Shown here: piece by piece, positions 18,256 through 18,801 of the stretch
How the letters are laid out: every line of letters starts with the position of its first letter
Numbering within the stretch: position 1 is the first letter of the stretch
Source: an uncultured Aquificales bacterium
Lineage (GTDB): Bacteria > Thermosulfidibacterota > Thermosulfidibacteria > Thermosulfidibacterales > Thermosulfidibacteraceae
Reading direction: 5' to 3'
Assembly: GCA_964411615.1 (NCBI GenBank)
Contig: CAYPLO010000032.1
Location: 1,222 to 20,022 of the forward strand
Length of the DNA stretch: 18,801 nucleotides
Program-made: the position numbers and the translations under genes
Notes under the pieces: model-generated
The model's input: only the letters and a program-made list of their open reading frames with translations
Told to the model about the DNA's origin: nothing
Database searches by the model: none

Positions 18256-18446
18256 CCTCTTGACACCACCTCGTATATCTCCACCTCATCACCGTCAGAT
18301 ACCCATCGGTCCTCAGTCACAAGCTCACCATTCCTGAGAACGAGCACATCCTCAGGATTGATGCACAGCTCCTCAAGAAGCCTGCCCACTTTCACCCTAT
18401 CCTTATTAAGTTCAATGCATCTGCCTCTGACCAGTACCCTAATCAT
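18252..18446 (-). CDS. ttuB: ThiS/MoaD-family ubiquitin-like sulfur carrier (TtuB-like), 64 aa, ending -VSRG
   Basis: [64 protein letters not shown] has the beta-grasp ThiS pattern ('LLEEL.INPE.V.V.RNGE', 'DGDEVEI'). ATGA overlap with ttuA. Start reassigned from 18785 to ATG 18446. Confidence 0.88.
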   Translation of the reverse strand: MIRVLVRGRCIELNKDRVKVGRLLEELCINPEDVLVLRNGELVTEDRWVSDGDEVEIYEVVSRG

Positions 18447-18452
18447 GGGGGA

Positions 18453-18479
18453 AGTATATAGGGAAATAGTGTGTATCAA
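18453..18479 (-). promoter_or_regulatory. Putative leaderless promoter of the ttuB operon
   Basis: The - strand reads TATACT-TCCCCC-ATG, a near-consensus -10 hexamer ending 6 nt before the start codon with no Shine-Dalgarno sequence. TTGATA lies 15 nt upstream of the -10, which is a suboptimal spacer. Confidence 0.55.
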
Positions 18480-18486
18480 GTCAAGC

Positions 18487-18514
18487 TTGACATAATATGA
18501 AAAAGTTTTAGTTT
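18487..18514 (+). promoter_or_regulatory. Putative sigma70 promoter of the acyl-CoA synthetase gene
   Basis: TTGACA (18487-18492), a 16-nt spacer, then TAGTTT (18509-18514). GGAGG RBS at 18536-18540 and ATG at 18546. Confidence 0.6.
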
Positions 18515-18545
18515 CGCTTACACAAAACATTGTTTGGAGGCAACT

Positions 18546-18801
18546 ATGGATAGAGGCTTCTTTGACTTTAGCTACAAGTACCAGCTTAACATCTTCAACC
18601 TCTTGGAGAGGACCCTTAAATGGGCTCCGGACCAGGAGATAGTGTATAGAGACTTTTTCAGGTACACCTACAGCGACTTCTACCGCAGGGTGAAAAAGCT
18701 GGCTGCCCTTTACAGCAAGCTGGGAGTGGGTAAGGGAGATGTTGTGGCCGTTATGGACTGGGACAGCCACAGATATTTGGAGCACTACTACGCGGTTCCC
18801 A
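18546..18801 (+). CDS. Fatty-acid--CoA ligase / AMP-binding enzyme, N-terminal part (3' truncated; absent from the ORF track)
   Basis: My translation is MDRGFFDFSYKYQLNIFNLLERTLKWAPDQEIVYRDFFRYTYSDFYRRVKKLAALYSKLGVGKGDVVAVMDWDSHRYLEHYYAVP, open to the window end. 'LGVGKGDVVAVMDWDSHRYLE.YYAVP' is typical of AlkK-like acyl-CoA synthetases. GGAGG lies 5 nt upstream. Confidence 0.9.
   Translation, partial: MDRGFFDFSYKYQLNIFNLLERTLKWAPDQEIVYRDFFRYTYSDFYRRVKKLAALYSKLGVGKGDVVAVMDWDSHRYLEHYYAVP

Noticed and set aside
18447..18785. 113-aa N-terminal extension of the TtuB-like ORF (177 aa in the track)
   Set aside because: It runs through the promoter region and antisense to the acyl-CoA ligase gene. 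The ThiS-like fold begins at ATG 18446.
1..18801. CRISPR arrays, tRNA/rRNA genes, riboswitches, selenocysteine recoding, prophage or defence genes
   Set aside because: I saw no spaced direct repeats, the longest intergenic gap is about 143 nt, no recognised gene is interrupted by an in-frame TGA, and there are no integrase, nuclease or phage-like ORFs. A covariance-model (Rfam) search would be needed to exclude small RNAs.

Overview
Gene-dense chromosomal window from a bacterium that is probably thermophilic and diderm. This is inferred from TolC, TtuA/TtuB, heavy AGG/AGA and ATA codon use, and Lys/Glu/Arg-rich proteins. Left to right: (1) a + strand operon with a partial TetR-type regulator, TolC, a MacA-like lipoprotein adaptor, a stand-alone ABC ATPase and two MacB-type permeases; (2) an L-lactate permease family gene with its own promoter; (3) a - strand coupled run of polyprenyl diphosphate synthase, AMMECR1-domain protein (AmrA), AmmeMemoRadiSam radical SAM enzyme (AmrS) and RluD-type pseudouridine synthase; (4) a divergent ZnuC/ZnuB-like metal ABC ATPase and permease with no binding protein; (5) a stand-alone katG with its own promoter, whose proximal Trp is replaced by Phe; (6) a - strand, probably leaderless six-gene operon: TtuB-like sulfur carrier ending in -SRG, TtuA, small membrane protein, orphan CheR, single-domain PilZ and ArnT-like GT-C glycosyltransferase; (7) the 5' end of a divergent acyl-CoA synthetase. 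I saw no RNA genes, CRISPR arrays or transposases. The best leads are the CheR-PilZ-ArnT module joined to tRNA thiolation genes, the non-GG TtuB terminus, the AmrA/AmrS-RluD coupling and the archaeal-like KatG. All family calls come from motif recognition; no database search was run.
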